Shown here: positions 16,873 to 26,160 of the stretch, one piece after another
Layout of the letters: each line of letters starts with the position of its first letter
Position numbering within the stretch: position 1 is the stretch's first letter
Source: Candidatus Saccharimonadota bacterium
GTDB taxonomy: Bacteria; Patescibacteriota; Gracilibacteria; BD1-5; UBA6164
Direction: 5' to 3'
Assembly (NCBI GenBank): GCA_004563595.2
Contig: CP042461.1
Coordinates: 630,001 to 662,000 of the forward strand
Length of the DNA: 32,000 nucleotides
Notes under the pieces: model-generated
The model's database searches: none
The model's input: only the letters and a program-made list of their open reading frames with translations
Told to the model about the DNA's origin: nothing
Program-made: the position numbers and the translations under genes

Positions 16873-18600
16873 TTATGGTAAAGCTATACCTCTTGTCATA
16901 AAATATATAATTGCGCAGAGACTTCCTGATCCAGGAACTGTTAGTACCCATGCTGATGCAATTTGTATCATATTTTTTTTAAGATTCAAGCTTCTTTGCT
17001 CTATTTCATGTTCTTTTTCTTGTGCTTTTCCTTTTTTCCTTTTAGCTTCTAATAATGAAATATTTAGGTGTATAAGTGTATCTTGTAACTTAATTATCTC
17101 ATCTTTAGTTATCTCATCTGGTTCAGCGATTGCTGATTTTCCATCTAAGACTGATTCGGTTTCTTTTATTTCTTTTTTTATTCTGTTTACTTTTTTCTTT
17201 CTTTTATTAATTTTTTTATGTGCATTCTCAAGTAGATTTGCATTTTCCCAGAATTTCGATCTTTCGCTATCTCCTTGTGGTTCTAGGATAACTACAATTT
17301 TATTTATCCATCCAATTATAGTTGGAAAATAAGCAACTGCAAATACACCTCCAACAGCTATATGAGTAGAACTAACTGGTATTCCTAGTTGTGACGCAAG
17401 AATTACAGTACAAGTTGATCCCATTGCAATAGAGAACGATCTTATTGGGGTAAGTTCTGTTATATCGCTTCCGACTTTTTTGATAATTCTTTTTCCAAAG
17501 AATCCAAGTCCGATCACAAGTCCTACAATACCAATGCCCATTATCCATAGGGGTATTGCTGCTTTTTTTGATATGCCATTATTAATAATCGCATCATAAA
17601 TTGCTGCGTATGGACCAATTGCATTTGCTATATCATTTGCTCCATGCGCAAAACATAACAGACAGGCTGCTCCTATTAATGGTTTGATAAAAAGATCATT
17701 TATCCAGTTGATGTTAGTAACAGAATTAGTAATACTCTTCTTATCAATTTTTGAAGTAGCTTTCTTAATTATTGGTTTTGCTATCAAATACGCTACAGTT
17801 GCTATACCAAACCCAATGAGTACTGCAACACTGGCATCTAAGCTTATTACTTTTTTTAATCCTTTAAGTAAAAGATAAGTAGTTGCTGACCATGTCATTA
17901 TTGCAATAACTAATGGAATTACTTTTTGTGCTGCAGCTAATTGATCTTTTTGATAAACAATAAATCTCTTAATAAACCATAAGAAGATAGCTGTTATTAT
18001 TCCACCAAGTACTGGTGAAGCAACCCAACTTCCAACAATTTTTAAAACTGTCCACCAAGCCACAATATCAAGACCACCAGCTGCTATTCCTCCTCCCAAT
18101 ACTGCTCCTACAATAGAGTGAGTCGTTGAGACCGGTGCTCCTAGTTTTGTTGCGATATTTAACCATATTCCTGCAGCAAGTAATGATGAAACCATTAAGA
18201 AAATATATTCATGTATATTTGATGAAAACATACTAGGATCAATAATTCCTTTTTTGATCGTTTTAACAACATCACCACCAGCTATGAATGCACCACCAGC
18301 CTCAAAAATAGCAGCTACAATAAGTGCAGTAGTTAATGAAAATGCTCCTGCTCCATATGCAGGACCAATATTGTTTGCTACGTCATTTGCACCAATATTT
18401 ACTGCCATATAGCCACAAACTAATGCACCAAATGCAAGAGTATAACTTGCGTTTATAATTGTGTTATCATATAGTGTAATTGTTCCAGCAAAGTATACAT
18501 ATATAGAACATGTAAGTGTTGCTAGGACTATTGCAGTAATAATGATAAAAAAATTATTAATTGTAATAGACTTATTATTGTCTACAGTTGTAGTATTCAT
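16873..18600 (-). CDS. Inorganic phosphate transporter, PiT/PHO4 family (PF01384-like), 575 aa from the second ATG
   Basis: The two PiT signature repeats GANDVANNIGP and GANDIANAIGP are present, with many TM segments. GAGGGG lies 6 nt before ATG 18600, and TTGACA-N18-TATATA is upstream. About 48 Gly codons, none TGA. A charged coiled-coil-like insert of about 100 aa lies near the C-terminus. Confidence 0.9.
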   Translation of the reverse strand: MNTTTVDNNKSITINNFFIIITAIVLATLTCSIYVYFAGTITLYDNTIINASYTLAFGALVCGYMAVNIGANDVANNIGPAYGAGAFSLTTALIVAAIFEAGGAFIAGGDVVKTIKKGIIDPSMFSSNIHEYIFLMVSSLLAAGIWLNIATKLGAPVSTTHSIVGAVLGGGIAAGGLDIVAWWTVLKIVGSWVASPVLGGIITAIFLWFIKRFIVYQKDQLAAAQKVIPLVIAIMTWSATTYLLLKGLKKVISLDASVAVLIGFGIATVAYLIAKPIIKKATSKIDKKSITNSVTNINWINDLFIKPLIGAACLLCFAHGANDIANAIGPYAAIYDAIINNGISKKAAIPLWIMGIGIVGLVIGLGFFGKRIIKKVGSDITELTPIRSFSIAMGSTCTVILASQLGIPVSSTHIAVGGVFAVAYFPTIIGWINKIVVILEPQGDSERSKFWENANLLENAHKKINKRKKKVNRIKKEIKETESVLDGKSAIAEPDEITKDEIIKLQDTLIHLNISLLEAKRKKGKAQEKEHEIEQRSLNLKKNMIQIASAWVLTVPGSGSLCAIIYFMTRGIALP

Positions 18601-18882
18601 ACACATCCCCTCATTATGAGTTTTTGAAAAGTTTATAAAACAACGTATATATAGTATGATTTTTTGTATATTGTCAAAAAGTATTTTAAATAATACTTGT
18701 ATAGTAACTGCACATGTAACAATTTACATTAGGTTCTTTTAAGACTTCGATGCTAATATAAGATTCTAATTATTTGATAATGATATATGTTAGAGGTAAT
18801 TTAGATATAGAAATTATAAATGAGTACTTAGAAAAACCTGGTTTTGAGCTTTTAATAATTGAAGCTTTTGGATAAATAATTT

Positions 18883-18914
18883 AAAAACCCTCAACCTTAT
18901 AGTTGAGGGTTTTT
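18883..18914 (-). terminator. Intrinsic terminator of cassette 18917-19324
   Basis: aaaaaCCCTCAAC-cttata-GTTGAGGGttttt. Confidence 0.8.
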
Positions 18915-18916
18915 AT

Positions 18917-19324
18917 TTACGATAACAATGGTTCTTTCAAAACTAGAGATGCATTTGGAGCAAATTCTTCGAATGCACTAATTACTTTATCTAAAGCATG
19001 TTTATTGTTAAATAATGATGGTAAAATTGGGCTGATGTTCAGTTTCTTCAATACCTCTTCAGTTTCATTAGAAAATTTAACTGTACTCATAAGAGCTTGA
19101 GATATTTGAGAATTATCAAAATCAGGTCCTTCAATATTGCTAATTATAGCCGACTGTGAAGAGTCTAGCGTCAATATTCCATGCCAGTATTCAAAGGCTG
19201 CAGAACTACTTTCATCACGTAGTTTTCTAATATCGTTACATAATGATTCTACGTTTACTTCAGCTACATATGATGATAACTCTAGAGCATCTTTCAATAA
19301 TTCATCACCATCTTTATTATCCAT
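18917..19324 (-). CDS. Hypothetical acidic protein, 135 aa; autonomous cassette
   Basis: AAGGAG lies 8 nt before the ATG. TAA stop. 3 Gly, none TGA. No recognisable domain. Confidence 0.55.
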   Translation of the reverse strand: MDNKDGDELLKDALELSSYVAEVNVESLCNDIRKLRDESSSAAFEYWHGILTLDSSQSAIISNIEGPDFDNSQISQALMSTVKFSNETEEVLKKLNISPILPSLFNNKHALDKVISAFEEFAPNASLVLKEPLLS

Positions 19325-19438
19325 TATTATTACTCCTTTTTAATTTTTAATAATTATGGCCTAAATATTTATACGAATACTTTGTAATAAGTCAAAATAG
19401 TTTTCTTTTATTTAGAAAATAAGTGAGAAAGGTAAATT

Positions 19439-19469
19439 AAAAGGCTCACTTATAAGTGAGCCTTTTTTT
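19439..19469 (-). terminator. Intrinsic terminator of cassette 19491-19865
   Basis: aaaaGGCTCACT-tata-AGTGAGCCttttttt. Confidence 0.8.
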
Positions 19470-19490
19470 AATCATGAGACATAGGTCTAT

Positions 19491-19865
19491 TTATGCATAT
19501 TGCTTCAATGGAACCTTATCTATTACCGTAACGTTATATGAAGATATATTGCTTAATATTTCTTGCATTTCTCCAATTTCGCTGGAATTTGAGAACATGT
19601 TATCAGTTAAATAACATATTACGTCGTATGATTTTGTTTCTGTTGGTACTAAAAAAGTTATTTTATCTTTTTTAGGTGGGTTAATTAAACGATCAAGAAG
19701 CCCCTTTTTTCTCACTAATTTCATTTCCCAAAGAGTTTTTTTATAAGGATTAAATAGCCATTTTCGTCTGAATACAATCCCTTCAACTTTATATCTGTTT
19801 TTTATAGATGAAGGCAAATTTTGTTTAAAGCCTAGTATTATTTTTTTACTTGCTTTTTTAGGCAC
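19491..19865 (-). CDS. Hypothetical basic protein, 124 aa (GTG start); autonomous cassette
   Basis: AAGGAA lies about 9 nt before GTG 19865. The N-terminus PKKASKKIILGFKQ...RRKW is Lys/Arg-rich. 4 Gly, none TGA. TAA stop. Confidence 0.5.
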   Translation of the reverse strand: MPKKASKKIILGFKQNLPSSIKNRYKVEGIVFRRKWLFNPYKKTLWEMKLVRKKGLLDRLINPPKKDKITFLVPTETKSYDVICYLTDNMFSNSSEIGEMQEILSNISSYNVTVIDKVPLKQYA

Positions 19866-19972
19866 TTTTCACTTTTCCTTTTTTGATTATTGTCAATGAC
19901 GAAGGAGTTATATTGATAAATATGACTAAGTCAAGAAAATATATAAAAATAAAGTATTGTATTATACAAGTT

Positions 19973-20000
19973 AAAAGAGCTATTATTCAATAGCTCTTTT
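19973..20000 (-). terminator. Intrinsic terminator of cassette 20035-20391
   Basis: aaaaGAGCTATT-attc-AATAGCTCtttt. Confidence 0.75.
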
Positions 20001-20034
20001 AATTGTATTCAATATATTTTGGTAATTCTTAACT

Positions 20035-20391
20035 CTATATATTTTCCCTTTCTCTATTTATATGAGCAATAAATCTTTTAATCATATTCACTAATTTTAT
20101 TACTTCATCAGCTGATAAATCAGGTCGATTATCATTATCAAAATAAGGCTTATCTTTACTTTTACAAGTCATATCTAGTGTGTAATCATCGAGATATTTC
20201 TTCCTTTGATGGTTATTTTCTATAAAACCCTGATAATTTTCTAAACATCCACGTAATGTTCGTTTTTCCAGGGATTTAATTATTTCAACTACTATACCAT
20301 AATCTCTTTCTATATTTTTTCCTTCATCTTCTATACTCTTACTTGAAGAAGAACCTATACTGAAAGAGGAATAGCTTAATTCTTTACTCAT
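20035..20391 (-). CDS. Hypothetical protein, 118 aa; autonomous cassette
   Basis: AGGGAG lies 9 nt before ATG 20391; the ORF-track start at 20421 has no SD. 5 Gly, none TGA. TAG stop. Confidence 0.5.
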   Translation of the reverse strand: MSKELSYSSFSIGSSSSKSIEDEGKNIERDYGIVVEIIKSLEKRTLRGCLENYQGFIENNHQRKKYLDDYTLDMTCKSKDKPYFDNDNRPDLSADEVIKLVNMIKRFIAHINRERENI

Positions 20392-20476
20392 ATTTAATAC
20401 TCCCTTTTTTATTATAAACAATATGTATAAAAAACATATTATTTATAATGTTATTTAATATTAAGTCAATATTAAC

Positions 20477-21955
20477 TTAATATATTACATTATATGCAAT
20501 TCTATATTCATATTCTGCGTCTGATAGTTTCCATTTAAAAAGGTAGTATCAATCTAAATTATATTGTACTTGTTCTAAAAAATTATCTATTTTATCTTCA
20601 TTAATTACATAATAAGATAACTTCTTTAATTTTTGATTTTTTCAATCTTTTTTGAAATTAAAATTATCTACTTCATAATATGGGAGAATATTTTTTAAAT
20701 GAGAGAATTTAAGAGTTTCATAGGCGAGAAGTCAGTTATTTTTTCTGAACTGAATAGGTTTTAATATATTATAATCATCCCCTTCATATTTGCTACTGAG
20801 AATTGATAGATTCTTTCTAATAAATGATGTTCTATAATTGAGATCAGAGTTTTTTATCTGTTCAGGAAGATCGGAGTAATTGAATCTATTTGTGTACAAT
20901 AAATCTTTTGGAAGATTAAAGTATTTATATTCATCTTTTTCCCTTGTTTCAAGTCATCAAACTGGGTCATCAAAGGTTGGATCATAATATGTATCTCAAA
21001 CTCTTACCCATGCGTGTCATATGTTTGGAAAGTCCTGAGCATCTATTACATATCACCTAATAACTTCTGCATCTCCTATTCAGGCAAAGTATAACATATA
21101 AGTAAAATATTTTGCGTATCATTCACATACTCATTCATTATTCTTATAGGTTAATATTCATGAAAATATTTTTCTATCAGTAAGGTCGATCTCTTTTGTA
21201 TATTGAGTATTATCCAATACATAACTATAAATTTTTTGAATTTTTTCTTCCCTATTAAGTCATTTTGTTAATTGAATAGTCTTTTCCCTTAAGTCAGAAA
21301 AAAGGTCATCTGTATCACTCCATAAAGTTATTTTATCATCCTTTATTTCTAATAACAACTTAAATTTATCTGGAACTCAAAAAATGATATCATCAGGTAT
21401 GAGTTTAATCTTATTGAACTCTTTTACGAAAGCAGGTTCTCAATCATCTTTTATGAATAAGAGATGATCTTGAGTGGATATATTATTATAGCTCAGGTCT
21501 TGACTCCTTATATTTGTTCCTTTTGGAAATCATAGGTAACTTTTGAATATATAACTATACCAAACTCAGTCTTCTAAGAATATATTTTCTTTCCCATATA
21601 TTTTTTTTCTAAAATCATTACTGAAGGTAAATAACTTCATTTGCTGATTTCATTTATCGATTTTTTGTGATAATTCTAGACTAAATAACTTTTCATTTGA
21701 GAGTGCTATAATATCATTTACAAGTTCTTCTTTTTTTGTTGAAAGTTTTTTCTTCTCTTTTATCTGTTCTAATTTTTTATTAAGATTATTTAGGAATTCT
21801 ATTTCTTTTGAAAGAGAGTATTTTTTCTCTAATTTGATAATAAACTTTGAAAAAACTCGTTTTAATTTTGGATCAATAGAATTATAGGTATATGTTTGTA
21901 TTGGGATAAATAATAAAAAACTTGTACATATAATTGATGCTATGATTCTTTTCAT
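20477..21955 (-). CDS. Secreted transglutaminase-like (Cys-His-Asp core, PF01841-like) protein, 492 aa (code 25)
   Basis: Signal peptide MKRIIASIICTSFLLFIPIQTYTY. The core is NNE[G]VCE[G]YAKYFTYMLYFA[G]IGDAEVIR[G]YV...[G]HAWVRV[G]DTYYDPTFD. The whole ORF was checked codon by codon. Confidence 0.8.
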
Positions 21956-21966
21956 TTTTGTAATAA

Positions 21967-23526
21967 TTATTTAAGTAGTCTTGCTTTGTCTAGTTGGTTA
22001 TCAGCTCAATCTTTTTTATATTGCTCTGAATCAAATTCTAATTCAATAGTCGGAAGAATACCTATTCAATCAATTCCTGTTTGAGTTTTTCCTGTGAACC
22101 ATTTAGCGATTGTATATTTAAGTGTTGATCCATCTTTGTATTCTCTTATTGTTTGCACAGATCATTTTCAATATGATTTTTCTCAAATTATAGTTGTATT
22201 TGGGAAGTAGTCTTTTATAGTTCCAATTAGAATCTCAGAAGCTGAAGCGGTTCATGAGTTTTGTAAAATAACTATTTTATAGTCGTTAAAATCTATCATA
22301 TTATATCAACGTGATGTGTATTGTTGATTTGATTTTAAGTATTTTACTACTGCTGTTGGTTTTCACTCTTCTACGAAGTGTGAAAGTATATCAGCAACTT
22401 GTCAGAGGTAACCTCATCCGTTATTTCTAAGATCTATTATTACTTTTTTTACCCTTCTTTGTTTTTTTAGCCCCTCTAATGCATTTTTAAAGTTTTTTGA
22501 TACATTATCTCAAAAACTTTTAATTTGGATGTAATACGTATCTTTTGTTAATAGTTTTGATTCAACATTTATAATAATAATTTTTTCTCTCGTAACATCT
22601 ATATTATATTCATTTCATCATCTTATTATAGTAAGTGTTACAGCGCTTCAAGCTGGTCATTTAATCCATGATATAACTTCTTTGAGAGAATTTTCTTTCG
22701 TCACTATTTTTCCATTTACTTTTGATATAATATCTCAGCTTTGTAGTCATGCTTTTTGAGATGGAGATCATGAAATTGGAGATATTATTTTTACAATTCA
22801 GGGAGTTTCCATAAGTACGTATGAACCTATTCCTTCATATTCACCATTGAGTCACTCATTAAAGTCTTTGCTTTCTGTTGGTGGAAAATATACTGTATGT
22901 TTATCTCCTATTCCTTTTGTAATTCACTCTATGGCAGAATTGAGTATCTCATCTTCACTAATATTCCCCTTCTCATAGTGTTCTTTGATAAGAATATCAT
23001 ATACATCAACTAAGATAGATTTTTTTTGTTTTATTTGTGATGTTTGTCAATATCTTCTAAATTTTGTAAACTCAATATTTATGCGTGAGTTAAGTTTTTT
23101 CAGGTCATTTTTTGTTGTATTCCTTGCCTTTAGTTTTTCTATTTCATTTGGGTTAATCATATCAAATCCTAATACTTTTTCAGATAATCTTAAAAAAGAG
23201 TATAATTCTATCTTTTTTTCTGGATGAATGCTTGTTTCAGTATTTTTTATAAGGTCCAAAAAAACAAGTTTTTGGAGTGATTTATAGAGCTCACTATTTG
23301 TATCTAGATTTTTAAATTTTAAATCTATATATTTATAGCTTGATGTTACCTCTTTATCTATGAGTGATGCAAGGTGGTTAAAAATATCTCTTCTGCTCAC
23401 TTCATTTGAAGTTGAGATATTCGTTGTTTCAATTCAATTCATTTTTATTTTTACTGCAAAAGATTCTTGTTGAAACGATGAAAATAAAATAAAAATAGTA
23501 GTAAGTATCAGTGTAATTTTTTTCAT
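21967..23526 (-). CDS. C-terminal processing peptidase, family S41 with a PDZ domain, about 519 aa (code 25); reading frame interrupted in 22861-22922
   Basis: Signal peptide MKKITLILTTIFILFSSFQQESFA. PDZ region is SPIS[G]SPSQKA[G]LQS[G]DII. Also DLRNNG[G]GYL, catalytic-Ser motif [G]TASASEI and catalytic-Lys motif [G]K[G]SVQ. A 59-nt segment encoding TKGIGDKHTVYFPPTESKD is one nucleotide out of frame relative to both flanks. Confidence 0.85.
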
Positions 23527-23574
23527 ATTTTAATTATTGTAAATAAGTTTAATTTTTAGTTTTTCTATATTATA

Positions 23575-23799
23575 TTAATTTGAGATAAATAATTCTTTTC
23601 CTCAAAATGGGTATGTGACTCAGAAGAATATCAATAACATTCATATGAGAATAATAACCAGGTAGGTTCACCCACTTCATATATATTTTTCAGCCCAATA
23701 AAAGTTTCATGTCCAGGATTTAATTATTTTTCTGTATTTTAATATTCCACTTCACAGAAATATAAGGAAAATTCAGTACAGTATTTCTACTATGATCAT
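23575..23799 (-). CDS. Small two-TM membrane protein, 74 aa (code 25)
   Basis: MIIVEILY[G]IFLIFL[G]SGILKYRK...[G]S G[G]TYLVIILI[G]MLLIFF[G]VTYPF[G]GKELFISN*. It lies 18 nt after the polA stop. 8 of 11 Gly are TGA. Confidence 0.45.
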
Positions 23800-23817
23800 T
23801 ATTTATTTGTTATTGTA

Positions 23818-25251
23818 TTATTTTGCTTCTTTCCAACTTAATCATGACTCTATATCCACTTTGAGTGGAATTGGGATGTCTTGAACTATGTTTTCCATTA
23901 TTATTTTTATTTCTGTTTTTAATATTTCCTTTTCTTCAGGAATAACATCAAAGACAAGTTCATCATGTACTTGCATGATCATCTTTGATTTGAGTGAATT
24001 TCTTTTTAAAAATTCTGCAATTTTTATCATTGCAATTTTTATAATATCTGCATTTGTTCATTGAATCGGCATATTTATCGCTTCCCTATTCGCAGCACTC
24101 TTTATAATACTATTTCTGTCGTTTATAGAGGGGAGATACCTTCGTCTTCAAAACATTGTTTCTACATATCCTTTTTCCTCACAATTTTTAATTGTGTTAT
24201 CAAGGTATTCTCTTACTTTTGGGTAATTTTCATAGAACTTATCAATATATATTTTTGCATCCTTCATATTTATCCCTAGCATTTTACTCAGTCAAAATCA
24301 GCTAATTCAATATATAACTCAGAAATTTACTGCTTTTGCAATTTTTCTCTCATTGTTAGTGATTGTTGATCATGGGAAAATAAATTCTGCTGTTTTATGA
24401 TGAATATCAATTTCATTTTTAAATGCTCAGAGTAAGTTTTCATCTCCTGACATGATAGCAAGAAGTCTTACTTCTACTTGTGAATAATCAGCTGCCATTA
24501 TAATTCAGTTTTCAAATCTAGATACAAATGCTGATCGAATTTCTCAGGCAATTCAATGAGATGAAGGGATATTTTGAAGATTTGGTTTCGTGCTTGAAAG
24601 TCTTCAAGTTGTTGTAACTGCAGAGTTATATGATGTATGAACCAATTCATTATCATCCAATAAGTCTAACAATCATTCAACATATGTAGATTGGAGTTTT
24701 GAATAATGTCTATAATCTACAATATTTTGAGCAATCGGGAATTCATGAGAAAGTTCTCAAAGTACATCAGCACTTACACTATATCAAGTTTTCGTTTTTT
24801 TACCTTTCGGGAGTCAGAGTTTTTCAAATAATACTTCTCCAACTTGTTTAGGAGATTTTATATTAAATTCTTCTCCAGCTTCATGAATAATTGTTTTTTC
24901 TAAAGAGTCGATTTCATTTTCAAGCAAAAGCCCTATTCCTTTGAGAGTATCTCTATTAATATGAACTCAAGTAAGCTCCATGTTCATAAGTACTTCTAAT
25001 AGAGGAAGTTCTATATCATTTAATATTTTTATATCGGTTGTTCCCTCTTCTTTATGCTGTAGGAAGATTTGATTTGTAATATATACATCTTCAGCTGAAT
25101 ATATAGCTGCTGAATCGAGTTCAACTTCTTTAAAATTAAGCTTTTTCTTATTGGTAACCTGATCATATGAAATCATTTCATAATTATCATTTTTTAATGC
25201 TAATTTATCTAATGATAATCATCTGACTCAGGGGTTTTTTATATATTCTCA
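23818..25251 (-). CDS. polA: DNA polymerase I, polymerase domain only, 477 aa (code 25)
   Basis: Checked codon by codon. Motifs: YSAEDVYIT (Exo III-like remnant), TTT[G]RLSSTKPNLQNIP, DYSQVEVRLLA (motif A), RKIAKAVNF[G]VIY[G]IS (motif B), QVHDELVF (motif C). First ATG is 25251, with an in-frame TAA at 25270-25272 and only stop-filled AT-rich DNA upstream. Confidence 0.93.
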
Positions 25252-25353
25252 TAAGAGAGTGTCATAATATTTAGCCACTTTTTATTATTAATAACTATTA
25301 ATTTTTATTATACATAGATAATCGATTATTTATAATTTGAAAAATAATTAATA

Positions 25354-25381
25354 TTGACAATATATAAGTTTTATATATATT
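25354..25381 (+). promoter_or_regulatory. Sigma-70-like promoter of the lipoprotein cassette
   Basis: TTGACA (25354-25359), N16, TATATT (25376-25381). The 16-mer tatatatttctgttgc (25374-25389) is identical to 26098-26113. Confidence 0.6.
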
Positions 25382-25469
25382 TCTGTTGCTTTTTAGATTT
25401 GCAGAGGATTGTTGTAATTCTAAAAAGGGGAAATCAAAACAAAATTATATGAGAAAAGGAGATTATCTC

Positions 25470-25991
25470 ATGCTACATAAAAGTGTTCTTTTAATGTTTC
25501 TACTTATAGCTATATATATTTTGGCTTCTTGTGGAGGAGGAAATCCTGGACCACCAGATCCACTCCCTGAACCTGAATATAATAATGAGAATCAAGACAC
25601 GGTTGGTGATGATTTAGAAGAATTATCTAAATCACCGATATCTTTTTATGATCTAAATATTGATGATGAAAAGTATTGGGAATCACAATTTGATATAGGA
25701 TATATTCTGACTGCAGAAATACCCTTAGATATTACGTTAGAATTATCTGGAAATACAAAACTATGTTTTTCTGTGGATTATTTAAGTGATGTTGATGACT
25801 GTGATGAGATTCAACTTCAAACAAAAGGACAGCTTGGTGATTTAGATATTACTGTAACTATTGATTCTGTAGCCCAGAATTATGAAAATAATTCTGTAAT
25901 ATATATTGAGGAAGATTCATTCGTTCATATACAGGCATATAGTTTAAAAGAAATACTTCTAAAAACTCAATTTGTTTTTAATATAAAATAA
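25470..25991 (+). CDS. Lipoprotein, 173 aa; autonomous cassette
   Basis: AAGGAG lies 7 nt before ATG 25470. MLHKSVLLMFLLIAIYILAS-C-GGGNPGPP has a lipobox (LAS|C). The mature part is acidic. 9 Gly, none TGA. TAA stop. Confidence 0.7.
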   Translation: MLHKSVLLMFLLIAIYILASCGGGNPGPPDPLPEPEYNNENQDTVGDDLEELSKSPISFYDLNIDDEKYWESQFDIGYILTAEIPLDITLELSGNTKLCFSVDYLSDVDDCDEIQLQTKGQLGDLDITVTIDSVAQNYENNSVIYIEEDSFVHIQAYSLKEILLKTQFVFNIK

Positions 25992-26014
25992 TTACTCAAG
26001 GAGGAGTAATCAAC

Positions 26015-26050
26015 AAAAAAGGAGCCATTATTGGCTCTTTTTATTTTTTT
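26015..26050 (+). terminator. Intrinsic terminator of the lipoprotein cassette
   Basis: aaaaaagGAGCCA-ttat-TGGCTCtttttatttttt. Confidence 0.8.
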
Positions 26051-26077
26051 ATAAGATTTAACTCATTCAAACAGATA

Positions 26078-26105
26078 TTGACATTGGAATATTTTTTTAT
26101 ATATT
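26078..26105 (+). promoter_or_regulatory. Sigma-70-like promoter of the mini-lipoprotein cassette (duplicate of 25354-25381)
   Basis: TTGACA (26078-26083), N16, TATATT (26100-26105), followed by the same tctgttgc. Confidence 0.6.
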
Positions 26106-26160
26106 TCTGTTGCAATACAAAAAAATATATAAAAAAATAGAAACGGGAATGGAAAATATT

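Noticed and set aside
17684-19343. ORF-track entries 17684-17878(+), 18903-19100(+) and 19137-19343(+)
   Set aside because: They are antisense to the PiT gene and to the 18917-19324 cassette, which have SDs, promoters and terminators in the opposite orientation.
22985-24279. ORF-track entries 22985-23227(+) and 24061-24279(+)
   Set aside because: They are antisense to the S41 peptidase and polA, both of which show family motifs on the minus strand.
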